Of a stretch of 40,134 nucleotides of DNA, positions 12,717 to 22,016 are shown one piece after another. A program made the translations under genes and the position numbers. The notes below the pieces were generated by a model, which was not told the origin of the DNA, did not search any database, and saw only the letters and a list, made by a program, of their open reading frames with translations. Position 1 is the first letter of the stretch. Each line of letters begins with the position of its first letter. Location: UHGV virus genome UHGV-0210680; one strand, written 5' to 3'. Origin of the DNA: a virus.

Positions 12717-15110
12717 ATGGCTAATTACCGTGATTTGTTAGAGCAGGCTGGCGCACGTTACGGTGTGCCAGAAGGGTTGATGACTGCACTGGGTGCCAAG
12801 GAGTCTTCTTACAACCCTGCCGCAGTAAGCTCCGCCGGGGCTGTAGGATTGACTCAGGTCATGCCTGGGACATGGCGTGATATGGGTTATACCGATGAGC
12901 AAATGCAAAACCCCGAATATCAGGCTGACGCTGGCGCGCGCTATCTGGCAAAGATGTACCAGCAGTTTGGTAACTGGCGTGACGCTCTTCAGGCTTATCA
13001 CGACGGTCCCGGCAACGTTATGAAGGCAAAGCGTGGTGAATATACGCCAGGACCTGAAGGCCGCGGTTACGTTGATGATCGCTTTGCTCAATGGGCGGGT
13101 GACCCGGTGACAGACTCAACAATCGAACAGCGCGCCACCTCTGCAAAGGTACATCCTCAGCAAGACCCTAACAACCCGTTTGCACAACTGGAAGCACAGT
13201 CATCCGAACAAGTATCGGCATCAGGCGTGCAGTCAGACCCAAATAATCCATTTGCTCAGATTGAGCAGCAGGCAGCCAGTCAGCAGCCACCTCAACCCGT
13301 AAGTTCTGTCGCACCGAAACCTGTTCAGCAGCAAGGCGGAATAATGTCTGACCTTGGTAATGGACTTGCTGAAACCGGGCGCGGCTTACTACAGGCAGGA
13401 ATCAACGTAGCGAACATACCTGCTGAACTCACTGATGCTGTAACAAGCGCGGCGGCTTGGGCTGGCGGTAAACTCGGCATTGGCGATGGTACATATCAAC
13501 CAGCACCACGAGTAACAACGCAGGGATTAGAGCAGGACTTTGGCCTTCAGCAAGGCGCGCTGACTCCACAAACGACAGAGGGGAGGGTATTTGCTGAAGC
13601 ATTTCCTTACCTCACTCCTGCTGGCGTTGAGAGAGCGGCAACACAGGCACCAACACTTGCTGGTCGAATTGCTCAGGGGGCAACTCGCCTTCTCGCAGAA
13701 AACGCAGTTGGATCACTTGCTGCAAACAGTATGAAAGATGATGCGGAAGCACTCGCTACCGATTTAGGCGTTGGTGTGCTGGCTGGCGGTGCTATTAACG
13801 CTGCCGGACGTGGATTAGGTGCTGCTTATCGTGGCGTTCGTGGTGCTATTGCGCCAGAAGCGCAGCAGGCTATCAGATTTGCAGAGCGTGAAGGAGTTCC
13901 TCTGCACACCACAGATCTGTTACAGCCTACTTCCCGCGTCGGGAAAATGGCGCAGACGACAGCGGAAAATATCCCCCTGGCTGGCACAAGCGGAATGAGA
14001 GCAACGCAACAGGAAGCGAGAAGCCAGTTGGTGCAGAGATTTGCTGATAAATTCGGTGAGTATGATCCAACTGTTGTTATTGACAGCCTTAAAGCGAAAA
14101 CATCAGGAATTCGTCGTGCTGCAGGGAACCGTCTTGAGCAGGTTCAGAATGCTATGGCTGGAGTAAACATTCAGCCTGCGCGAGCAATTCAGCAGATTGA
14201 TACTGAGATATCTAACCTGCAGAAGCTTGGTAAGGTTGCTGATAACGAGACTATTTCAAAACTTCAGTCATATCGTGATGAGCTTGTTCGCAATGCTGGC
14301 CCTGATGGTCCGGTTAATCTGGATTTGAAGCAATTAAGCGATCTGCGCAGCCAGTTCAGAATGGACGTGAAGGGGGAGCGACCAGTGTTACCAAACCGTT
14401 CCGATGCTGCCATTCAGCGCGTTTACAAGGCAATGACTGACGATATCAATGGTGCCATTGGTCAGAATCTTGGCAACGATACTCTCCGTAAATATCAGCA
14501 GGCCAATGCCGTCTACGCTGACGAAGCGGCGAAACTAAAGAATACCAGGCTGAAGAATGTTCTCATGAAAGGCGATCTGACGCCGGAAGTTGTCAACAAC
14601 ATGCTATTCAGCAAGAACAAATCGGAAATTAAGACGCTGTATAACTCAGTTGGTCGTGTTGGCAGGGCGCAAATGCGCAATGGCATCATTGGAAAGGCGA
14701 TGGAGAAATCAGGTGGTTCCCCTGACCAGTTCCTTCGACAGCTTAACATCCTGCAAAACCAGACTGGCATCACATTTAAAGGTCAGGAAGCCGCTTATCT
14801 GAAAGGATTGAAAAACTACCTGCAATCCACGCAGCAGGCTGCAAAAGCGGCAGTAACAACACCAACAGGGCAGCAAACCATCCCGTTCATTATCGGATAT
14901 GGGACAGCAATGAACCCTGCGACAACTGGCGCAGCGGTAAGCTACGGACTTCTTACTCGTGCCTATGAGAGCGAGTCATTCAGAAATGCAATGCTCCGAA
15001 TGGCAAACACCCCACGCGGATCAACAGCCTTTGAGAAAGCAATGCAGCAGGCACAAAAGGCAATTAACGCTCTGACGCAGGGGGCTAAGTCTGATGCGTT
15101 GTCAGAATAG
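12717..15110 (+). CDS. ejection protein gp16-like with N-terminal lytic transglycosylase (SLT) domain
   Basis: 797-aa ORF at the gene-16 position; the N-terminal ~110 aa carry SLT-like motifs (E-S-S-Y.P.A.S..GA.GL.QVMPGTW...Y); the rest is A/Q-rich, typical of ejection proteins. Confidence 0.75.
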   Translation: MANYRDLLEQAGARYGVPEGLMTALGAKESSYNPAAVSSAGAVGLTQVMPGTWRDMGYTDEQMQNPEYQADAGARYLAKMYQQFGNWRDALQAYHDGPGNVMKAKRGEYTPGPEGRGYVDDRFAQWAGDPVTDSTIEQRATSAKVHPQQDPNNPFAQLEAQSSEQVSASGVQSDPNNPFAQIEQQAASQQPPQPVSSVAPKPVQQQGGIMSDLGNGLAETGRGLLQAGINVANIPAELTDAVTSAAAWAGGKLGIGDGTYQPAPRVTTQGLEQDFGLQQGALTPQTTEGRVFAEAFPYLTPAGVERAATQAPTLAGRIAQGATRLLAENAVGSLAANSMKDDAEALATDLGVGVLAGGAINAAGRGLGAAYRGVRGAIAPEAQQAIRFAEREGVPLHTTDLLQPTSRVGKMAQTTAENIPLAGTSGMRATQQEARSQLVQRFADKFGEYDPTVVIDSLKAKTSGIRRAAGNRLEQVQNAMAGVNIQPARAIQQIDTEISNLQKLGKVADNETISKLQSYRDELVRNAGPDGPVNLDLKQLSDLRSQFRMDVKGERPVLPNRSDAAIQRVYKAMTDDINGAIGQNLGNDTLRKYQQANAVYADEAAKLKNTRLKNVLMKGDLTPEVVNNMLFSKNKSEIKTLYNSVGRVGRAQMRNGIIGKAMEKSGGSPDQFLRQLNILQNQTGITFKGQEAAYLKGLKNYLQSTQQAAKAAVTTPTGQQTIPFIIGYGTAMNPATTGAAVSYGLLTRAYESESFRNAMLRMANTPRGSTAFEKAMQQAQKAINALTQGAKSDALSE

Positions 15111-15199
15111 CTTTTCAAACACCAGGAACGTGCAAAAACCAAATATGTAGAATGCAATATTCATCATATCTCTGTGCATAAATCCTCCGTAACGGATGG

Positions 15200-15460
15200 T
15201 TATCTGCTGTCTTTTTTATATAGCTCCTTGAGCGTATCAAAGACAATTTTCTTAACCATATCAGATTGTTGTTCTGCCATACGCTCTGCATCGTCAATGT
15301 AAACTGATGCAGAGCTTTGTTTATCCAATGATTCTTCAATCGCTGCAATTATCTCTGAGTTAAGCGACCTGTTATTCATCTTCGCACGCAGCTTAATTTT
15401 CGCGTGAAGTTCATGCGGAAGTCTCAAGTGAAACTGCGCCTCGTCGTATTTGCTGTACAT
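15200..15460 (-). CDS. mnt: Mnt repressor (ribbon-helix-helix)
   Basis: 86 aa from the ATG at 15460 (MYSKYDEAQFHLRLPHELHAKIKLRAKMNNRSLNSE...NDAERMAEQQSDMVKKIVFDTLKELYKK) closely matching P22 Mnt; an alternative ATG lies at 15493. The 252-aa ORF in the track is an antisense extension into the tailspike gene. Confidence 0.85.
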   Translation of the reverse strand: MYSKYDEAQFHLRLPHELHAKIKLRAKMNNRSLNSEIIAAIEESLDKQSSASVYIDDAERMAEQQSDMVKKIVFDTLKELYKKDSR

Positions 15461-15595
15461 CCTTGATGCCTCACCAGTTGGGTGGAATGGCATCGTAAAA
15501 CCTACTGTACAAATCAACAATCGTACCGTTTCGGTATGCAACAAACACCAACCGTAGCCACGCTGCGGCGATTCCTTGTATCTGGAGCAAATTAA

Positions 15596-17734
15596 ATGAC
15601 AGACATTACAGCCAATGTGATCGTATCGATGCCTTCGCAACTTTTCACTATGGCGCGTTCTTTTAAAGCGGTTGCCAATGGCAAAATTTATATCGGTAAA
15701 ATTGACACGGACCCCGTAAATCCAGAAAACCAGATTCAGGTTTATGTGGAGAACGAAGACGGCTCTCACGTTCCTGTTTCGCAACCAATCATCATTAATG
15801 CTGCTGGATATCCGGTATATAACGGACAGATTGCCAAATTCGTAACTGAGCAAGGCCATTCTATGGCTGTTTATGATGCGTATGGTGCACAGCAGTTCAA
15901 ATTCCCAAATGTGCTGAAGTACGACCCTGATCAATTTGAGATTAGGCTTTCTAATCAAGACGGCGCTGGTCTTGTTGGGATTATGCCATATGGCACGGTA
16001 CAGGATGCCATCAAATGGGTTGTCCCCGAGGTATTCCCCGGAAGTAATGCGTCAGAAAAATTACAGGCAGCTGTAAATTATGCGGTTGCAAACAAAACGA
16101 GAGTTGTAGCATCAGGTGTGTACGATGTAACAGCCCCCGTCACCATCCCAGGAGACATCATTATCGATGCTTCTACTGGAGAATTTACCTTCAATGGCAT
16201 TGATTATATTTTCCATCCGCTTGGCGCAAAATCAGTAGAGATTATCGGTGGTAAGTTCACCGCAAATGCATACCACACCCAGCGTCCTCAGGTAATTTTC
16301 AATGATTACCCTGATGGGCTGGCGAATTTACCAACGCGCGTGGTGATAAAAGATATGCAATGCTTTAACTGCGGTGTTGGCTACATCATGGTTAACTGTC
16401 AGGACCCAACCAGCGTACATATTTCAGTTGAAAATAACTATTGTACGACTGATGATAATACAGATTTATATATATCAAATTCAGATATGCATCCAGGAGA
16501 AAGCATATTCCCATATTTAACAATACTTGGTGATACGCTTGATTCTGTAGATTTGGGAACACCAAGAAAATCAATGTTCCATGTAACAGGAAATACATTC
16601 GATGTGTTTATGCAATCAGGTTATAATACAGATATATATAAAATAGGAAGCACAACAGTAGGAGGGGAAACAACAGGAAATAGGTTCATAAATAGGAATG
16701 AAGAATCATCATGTGAAATTGATACGTTCACCGGAGGTCTTGAATGTGTTATTGATAATAACACAATGTGGAATGTTTCTGTAAAAGCCATGACGTTATT
16801 AATAAGTGGCGGTGAACGAGTTGGTCTTGGTGGAAGATCATCTATAAGTAATAACGTTTTTCATTTTGAAAAAAACCCACTTAATGATTTTGGAATATGG
16901 TTAAGAACATCACTGGTAAATGTATGTAACAATGTTATTTATTATGTTGGATCTGATAACCCCTCAGAGCAACGTACATTTAACGGAATTTCAGGGCAAA
17001 AATTAGATAATAATAACAATGGATTTGGTGGTGATTGGTGTGCTGGTAATAACGTATCCAACAACATAATTCAAATTATTACAGGTGAAGTTGACAAATC
17101 TGTTAGAGTGCAATGCATCAATCCTACTGATTTCGCTGGGAGCGTTTTTAATGGAAATTGTCTTTTTGGTGGTAATGGTATGGTGATAGATGCAAGACCT
17201 GAAAGAAATAGAAATGTCTGGAGTGGTAATTATATAAGCTCTGGTCTATTTTCTGCTGAGGATATATGGAGAATGAATTCCGCATTCGTTGGTGGAAGTA
17301 ATTATATTGGAAGTTCTTACGATAACTCTGTTCGTGGCCCATATCTTTTAAGAAAGGAAATACCAGCTCAACAAGATGGGAGTATAATAAGAATTGAATT
17401 GGATTATGCGATAAATAATGGATACGCTTCGGACAGATGTCTTTATCTCTTAATGGTAAAAGTTAATGGTGGGATTAAAAATAACTATCAGACATTTGTT
17501 GTCTCTTCTGGAGCTCACGATGCGCAAGATCTAAAGCCAGCAATAGACGAAAGAATAGACCCAAACACAACTGACAACAATTTAAAACAAATATCATTTA
17601 GAGCTGGTTATACAGGTTCTAGTGGGCTAATTGTTTTGCAGGCAAGGGGTAATTATTATTCATCAGGAAATCCACCGACATCTATAGAATATTCTATTAT
17701 ACCGTTAACAGCAAACTTCCCCATGGCATTTTAA
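15596..17734 (+). CDS. tailspike protein (P22 gp9-like head-binding domain plus divergent receptor-binding domain)
   Basis: The N-terminal ~120 aa (MTDITANV.VS.P...SFKAVANGKIYIG.IDTDPVNP.NQI.VY.ENEDGSHV...NVLKYDPDQ) match the P22 tailspike head-binding domain. The remaining ~590 aa are N/G/S/I-rich and encoded by markedly AT-rich DNA. GGAG RBS upstream. Confidence 0.9.
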   Translation: MTDITANVIVSMPSQLFTMARSFKAVANGKIYIGKIDTDPVNPENQIQVYVENEDGSHVPVSQPIIINAAGYPVYNGQIAKFVTEQGHSMAVYDAYGAQQFKFPNVLKYDPDQFEIRLSNQDGAGLVGIMPYGTVQDAIKWVVPEVFPGSNASEKLQAAVNYAVANKTRVVASGVYDVTAPVTIPGDIIIDASTGEFTFNGIDYIFHPLGAKSVEIIGGKFTANAYHTQRPQVIFNDYPDGLANLPTRVVIKDMQCFNCGVGYIMVNCQDPTSVHISVENNYCTTDDNTDLYISNSDMHPGESIFPYLTILGDTLDSVDLGTPRKSMFHVTGNTFDVFMQSGYNTDIYKIGSTTVGGETTGNRFINRNEESSCEIDTFTGGLECVIDNNTMWNVSVKAMTLLISGGERVGLGGRSSISNNVFHFEKNPLNDFGIWLRTSLVNVCNNVIYYVGSDNPSEQRTFNGISGQKLDNNNNGFGGDWCAGNNVSNNIIQIITGEVDKSVRVQCINPTDFAGSVFNGNCLFGGNGMVIDARPERNRNVWSGNYISSGLFSAEDIWRMNSAFVGGSNYIGSSYDNSVRGPYLLRKEIPAQQDGSIIRIELDYAINNGYASDRCLYLLMVKVNGGIKNNYQTFVVSSGAHDAQDLKPAIDERIDPNTTDNNLKQISFRAGYTGSSGLIVLQARGNYYSSGNPPTSIEYSIIPLTANFPMAF

Positions 17735-17739
17735 TAAAT

Positions 17740-17764
17740 GCCAGCGCATGACAAGTGCGCTGGC
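17740..17764. terminator. bidirectional rho-independent terminator between convergent tailspike and oac genes
   Basis: Perfect 9-bp stem GCCAGCGCA / TGCGCTGGC with a 7-nt loop, flanked by A/T-rich sequence on both sides, between the tailspike stop (17734) and the oac stop (17773). Confidence 0.7.
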
Positions 17765-17772
17765 ATTGCTGG

Positions 17773-18780
17773 TCATATTATCTTATTCAAATACTTTAAT
17801 TTACTAATAATCAAGCTAGCTGCTAAAGAAGATGCAAAAACTACCACTATCATAAAGAGCATGTATACAATAGAGAATGCATTTATTTTTAATAAATGTC
17901 TCAATAAATAAGAGTAAAGCTCAATAAAAATAGGATGTATTAAATACACTCCAAGTGTTAGGCTTGCTAGTTTTTTTGATAATAACGACTCTCCACCATT
18001 GATTGAAGAACATATCGCGAATATTAACACCGATGAAATAAAAACATTTAAGCTTAAATAGTCATAGAAATACACTCGACCAAACTTATAAGCTAAAATA
18101 GCCGTTATTATCAATGAAATTAATGTGAATATAGTACACATGCAAAGTTTTTCTGTTTTCTTTGCCCTAAACACACCACCAATAACGAAGTAGCCTATAT
18201 AATTTAAAAATGTTATCATGAAAAATTGCGGTTTGTTGTTTTCCATGCCAACAACGTTGTTGTATATTAGATTAATCAATGGCAATGCAGAGCATATTAC
18301 AATGAGGATTGTTACTTCATTATCACTTGATTTTGCAATTATTTTTCTTAAAAAAGGCGTTATAATATATAAAAAAGGAATCATATATAAAAACCACATA
18401 TGGTAATATGGTTTACCAGCTAAAAGCTGTTTTATTGATGTTATAACCCCTAGAGTTATATCACCTTTGATGTATGACTTAAATATTGTCCATGCGATAT
18501 ATATCATCGTCCATGCCAATACTGGGATCAATATCCTCGTCATTCTTTTTTTGTAAAAACTAATTGTAGAATCCGTTCCATTTATCAAAAAGTAACCACT
18601 CAACATAACAAAAACAGGAACGCTCCATCTGCTGAATGAATCAAGAATATTTGCAGACCACCAAAGTGTAGATCCATAGAAGCTTGGGTTAGTATCTGCG
18701 AAAGTAACATACCCAGCTGTGACATGTATAACAACAACCATAAAAATGGCAAATACTCTTAAATTATAAGCCCACTGCAT
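17773..18780 (-). CDS. oac: O-antigen O-acetyltransferase (acyltransferase-3 family integral membrane protein)
   Basis: 335-aa, very hydrophobic multi-pass ORF with an N-terminal motif typical of the acyltransferase-3 family (RVFAIFMVVVIHV...W.......FSRWSVP.FVMLSGYFL); very AT-rich; sits between tailspike and int as oac does in Sf6. Confidence 0.8.
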   Translation of the reverse strand: MQWAYNLRVFAIFMVVVIHVTAGYVTFADTNPSFYGSTLWWSANILDSFSRWSVPVFVMLSGYFLINGTDSTISFYKKRMTRILIPVLAWTMIYIAWTIFKSYIKGDITLGVITSIKQLLAGKPYYHMWFLYMIPFLYIITPFLRKIIAKSSDNEVTILIVICSALPLINLIYNNVVGMENNKPQFFMITFLNYIGYFVIGGVFRAKKTEKLCMCTIFTLISLIITAILAYKFGRVYFYDYLSLNVFISSVLIFAICSSINGGESLLSKKLASLTLGVYLIHPIFIELYSYLLRHLLKINAFSIVYMLFMIVVVFASSLAASLIISKLKYLNKII

Positions 18781-18963
18781 TTTTACGCCCTTATATTAAA
18801 ATTATATATGACAATATTAATATTGCTTATTCTAAAATTGGAATAATGAGTGCCATCTCATTTGTTTTTCCGTTTATATTCTAAATCAAACTACAATTAC
18901 AATAAAAATAGTAACACATGTAAATAAAATTTATATCATTTTTCAATGATATATGAGTGATCT

Positions 18964-20112
18964 TTATCTATCAAGCCAGTCCGCCCACCATTGCATCATT
19001 TCTCTGCGTTTATCGAGATACTGAGCATGGTTGTAAATTCCACGCACAGAACCGCCGTTGGCATGTGCCAGTTGCACTTCAATAGCATCAGCAGGCCATT
19101 CGTGCTCGTTCATAATCGTGCTGAATTCATGCCTGAATCCGTGACCGCTTTCCAGACCTTCATAGCCGATTTGTTTGATCACAAGCAGTACCGCGTTCTC
19201 GCAGATTGGCTTCTTCTTATCGTTGCGCCCGGCAAAAACAAACTCTGATACTGGTTTAGTGATGGAGCTTAGCGTAGTGAGAAGTTCAACTACCTGGTCC
19301 GACATCGGAACCACATGAATCTTGCGTCCCTTCATCACACTGGCGTCGATGGTGATAATCCTGTTTTCAAAATCGACGTTCTTCCATTGCATGGAACGAA
19401 GCTCTTTTGTTCTTAGTGCTGTGTAGCGTAAAACTTTGGTCGCAATGAGAGATACGATACTTCCTGAAAATGTTGCAAGTGCTTTGTTGAATGCCGGGAT
19501 CTGGTCGGCAGGTAAAAACGGGAAGTTCTTCTTGCGGTATCCTTTCATGGCGTCTGCAAGGTCAGGTGCCGGGTTATATTTAGCCCTTCCGGTGACAATA
19601 GCGTAACGAAAAACCTCGCCGCATCTTCTGCGGGCTTTGTTGGCTCGCTCCATTGCACCGCGATCTTCAAATCTGCGGATTACTTCCAGCAGTTGCATCG
19701 GCTCAATATCATGAATCTCAAGACCGCCGATGATGGGTAAAATGTCGTCATCAAACATTTTGGCAAGTTCAGTTGCATAGCCTACTGACCAGACTTGCTT
19801 CTTGTGCTCGTACCATTCCTTGTAAATCGCACTAAATGAATTGTTGTTAGACGAAGCCTTTTTCGCCTTTACCGGATCGATGCCAACCGAGATGTCTTTC
19901 CTCGCAGTCCATGCCTTATCCCTTGCTTCCTGCAAAGTCATAAGCGGATATTTTCCGACGGTCAGGATTTTCTCCTTACCGTCAATCTTGTAGCGAAGCT
20001 GCCATACCTTTTTCCCGGATACAGGAACATAAAGGTACAGGCCATTACCATCGAGAAGGCGGTATGGTTTTTCTTTCGGCTTTGCTGCTTCAATCTGCTT
20101 AACGGTGAGCAT
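18964..20112 (-). CDS. int: tyrosine integrase (P4-like family)
   Basis: N-terminus from the ATG at 20112 (MLTVKQIEAAKPKEKPYRLLDGNGLYLYVPVSGKKVWQLRY) matches the P4-type integrase arm-binding domain; the C-terminus has an HGFRH box and a catalytic-Tyr region (GIYNHAQY). The ORF track begins at an upstream GTG (20148). Confidence 0.85.
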   Translation of the reverse strand: MLTVKQIEAAKPKEKPYRLLDGNGLYLYVPVSGKKVWQLRYKIDGKEKILTVGKYPLMTLQEARDKAWTARKDISVGIDPVKAKKASSNNNSFSAIYKEWYEHKKQVWSVGYATELAKMFDDDILPIIGGLEIHDIEPMQLLEVIRRFEDRGAMERANKARRRCGEVFRYAIVTGRAKYNPAPDLADAMKGYRKKNFPFLPADQIPAFNKALATFSGSIVSLIATKVLRYTALRTKELRSMQWKNVDFENRIITIDASVMKGRKIHVVPMSDQVVELLTTLSSITKPVSEFVFAGRNDKKKPICENAVLLVIKQIGYEGLESGHGFRHEFSTIMNEHEWPADAIEVQLAHANGGSVRGIYNHAQYLDKRREMMQWWADWLDR

Positions 20113-20361
20113 GGGTAAAAATCCGGTGGGTAAAATTATTTTATCCACTTTTTACCCGTCATGGAGTGCGGCTGTCAACGATCTGACGCGAACCATGACG
20201 AACCGTGAATATACGGAAGGCTTGATATTCAGGGGATTTTGCGGACTGGTACGGATGGGAGCGAACTGATAAATGGTGTCCCCTGCAGACATCTACTTGA
20301 GGCAGCAGGGGATTGATTAGAATGGTATTTTTTAGATGTGAGAAATATTTTACCCGCTAAT

Positions 20362-20562
20362 TTACCCATTAGCGCGGCTTAAGAGCTTATTTTTGAATTC
20401 ACAATGGTCACGATATAACCATCTTGCTCGCCCGTGGATAACTTTGGCTTTTGGCAGGTCGCCGGACTTAATCCGGTCATAGATGAAGGTTTTACCGAAG
20501 CCAGTATCAGCCATGATGAATTTCAAATCAACCAGGGAATCAGGCTGTAGTTCGTGTTGCAT
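20362..20562 (-). CDS. xis: excisionase / AlpA-family DNA-binding protein
   Basis: 66-aa ORF adjacent to int on the same strand, with an AlpA/Xis-like winged-helix pattern (..ADTGFGKTFIYDRIKSGDLPKAKVIHGRARW...). Confidence 0.7.
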   Translation of the reverse strand: MQHELQPDSLVDLKFIMADTGFGKTFIYDRIKSGDLPKAKVIHGRARWLYRDHCEFKNKLLSRANG

Positions 20563-20685
20563 GAGTGCTATCTCCGAATAGGGAATCGAACCTGCAAATC
20601 AGGTAATAAAAAAACCGCATTGATGCGGCGATGGTAGGTCTGGATATCTTGATAAATGAAAATGCCTCATCGAGTGTGAGGCGGG

Positions 20686-21030
20686 TTAGTCCTTGCGTAG
20701 CTCGCTGATTCTTCTGTAAGTCTCTGGTGCTTTGTTTCCGTGTATCTTCATTTCAGACTTCAACAGAGCAACGAGAGAATCCCATTCGTTGAGGATTCCT
20801 TTGAATGCCGGAGCGCGCTTTGCAACCTTGTCGAATGAATCTCTGATTTCTGGAATCTGCTCGACAAGTGCAACGCATCGCCGGAAGTCTGCTGCGTCAT
20901 GTGGAGCGCCGAAGTAATGACCATAGATATTCTTTTTCAGTCCACATGCGATCGAGGCAAGAGTTGCGCTACTGATGCCGACATCGCCAGTCGATTGCCA
21001 TTTCAAAATCTTCATAGCCAAATCTGACAT
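20686..21030 (-). CDS. hypothetical early-accessory protein
   Basis: 114-aa ORF in the int-proximal accessory region; followed on its strand by hairpin plus U-run structures (about 20605..20680). Confidence 0.45.
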   Translation of the reverse strand: MSDLAMKILKWQSTGDVGISSATLASIACGLKKNIYGHYFGAPHDAADFRRCVALVEQIPEIRDSFDKVAKRAPAFKGILNEWDSLVALLKSEMKIHGNKAPETYRRISELRKD

Positions 21031-21087
21031 TTCTTGTCTCCATAAAACAAAACCCGCCGTAGCGAGTTCAGATAAAAGAAATCCGCA

Positions 21088-21888
21088 TTAAGCGGCGTCG
21101 GTGAATTCAAATAAAAAACCGGCTTGCGCCGGCTCTCTCATCTTTCTGTCTACCCATGCTGATATCGATGGCGGGTGCACCTTTTCAATAGCAGCGCGAA
21201 GTACAGCTGTACGTGCCAGTTTGTCGGTAATCTCAGGAAATCGCTTCTCTGTCTTCGGTACGTTAACAGCAACATTAGTAGAATCCGCACTGGCGAACGG
21301 ATACATACCAAGAACTCTCACGTCGAGCATTCGAAGACCATGAATTTTCACTTTCAAATTACGATTGATATAAAGCTCAGTGAAAACTTCATCCATTCTC
21401 TGTTCCCACCATTTAGAGCGTATGTGCCTGTGTGGGCCGCAGCATCCAATCGCCACCCATTCAAATTTGCCAGAAAGGCGTAAAAGACGTTCAATTGATT
21501 CGTCGGTATGCCAGACAGGAACCGCTTTTGATTTTAGCCAATCAGGAACCAACTCAATCTGCTCGTCGTTTTCTGCCTCTGTCCCTTCGATAACGTCAGG
21601 TATAAGAAACCATTCAATTCTGCTGAACCACTTCCCAACAAAGTCGTAGAATTTTGCTCGTCTCTTACTCCAGTCTACCGGGGTGCCTTTCTTTAATGCT
21701 TTCATCCAGTCGCTAAAAGCACCGTTATCAAGGCGTATATCACAAGGGAACATGGCAATCTTTTTCATCTGCTCTGGTCTGGCAAATGAAACAAAAGCCC
21801 CACCATCACGGTAAAGGGCTTTAATCAGCATATCTGTAGGGGCATGCTCATCCCCCCATATTGGGCTGCCGTGAAAGTGGATGGTCAT
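21088..21888 (-). CDS. hypothetical protein (largest ORF of the early-accessory region)
   Basis: 266-aa ORF with no family recognised by eye; contains a conserved-looking His/Cys segment (AIGCCGPHRH). Confidence 0.5.
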   Translation of the reverse strand: MTIHFHGSPIWGDEHAPTDMLIKALYRDGGAFVSFARPEQMKKIAMFPCDIRLDNGAFSDWMKALKKGTPVDWSKRRAKFYDFVGKWFSRIEWFLIPDVIEGTEAENDEQIELVPDWLKSKAVPVWHTDESIERLLRLSGKFEWVAIGCCGPHRHIRSKWWEQRMDEVFTELYINRNLKVKIHGLRMLDVRVLGMYPFASADSTNVAVNVPKTEKRFPEITDKLARTAVLRAAIEKVHPPSISAWVDRKMREPAQAGFLFEFTDAA

Positions 21889-22016
21889 ATTATCCCCATA
21901 TAAAAGAAATCCCCGCGAGTGCGAGGATTGTTATTGTCTTTTCTTCGTGCATTTGTCGCACTTTCGGCACCATCCAGATAGGCACATCCGTCCGCAATTA
22001 ACACATATAGGCCACA

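Noticed and set aside
15200-15958. 252-aa minus-strand ORF in the track
   Set aside because: Only the C-terminal 86 codons are Mnt-like. The upstream part runs antisense through the tailspike 5' end and its RBS region, so it is an artificial extension.
21088-21888. Possibility that the 266-aa ORF is a DpdA-like 7-deazaguanine DNA transglycosylase (TGT fold)
   Set aside because: I considered it because such genes occur near int in some prophages, but I see no TGT-type zinc site or catalytic motifs and no preQ0 synthesis genes. Left as unknown.
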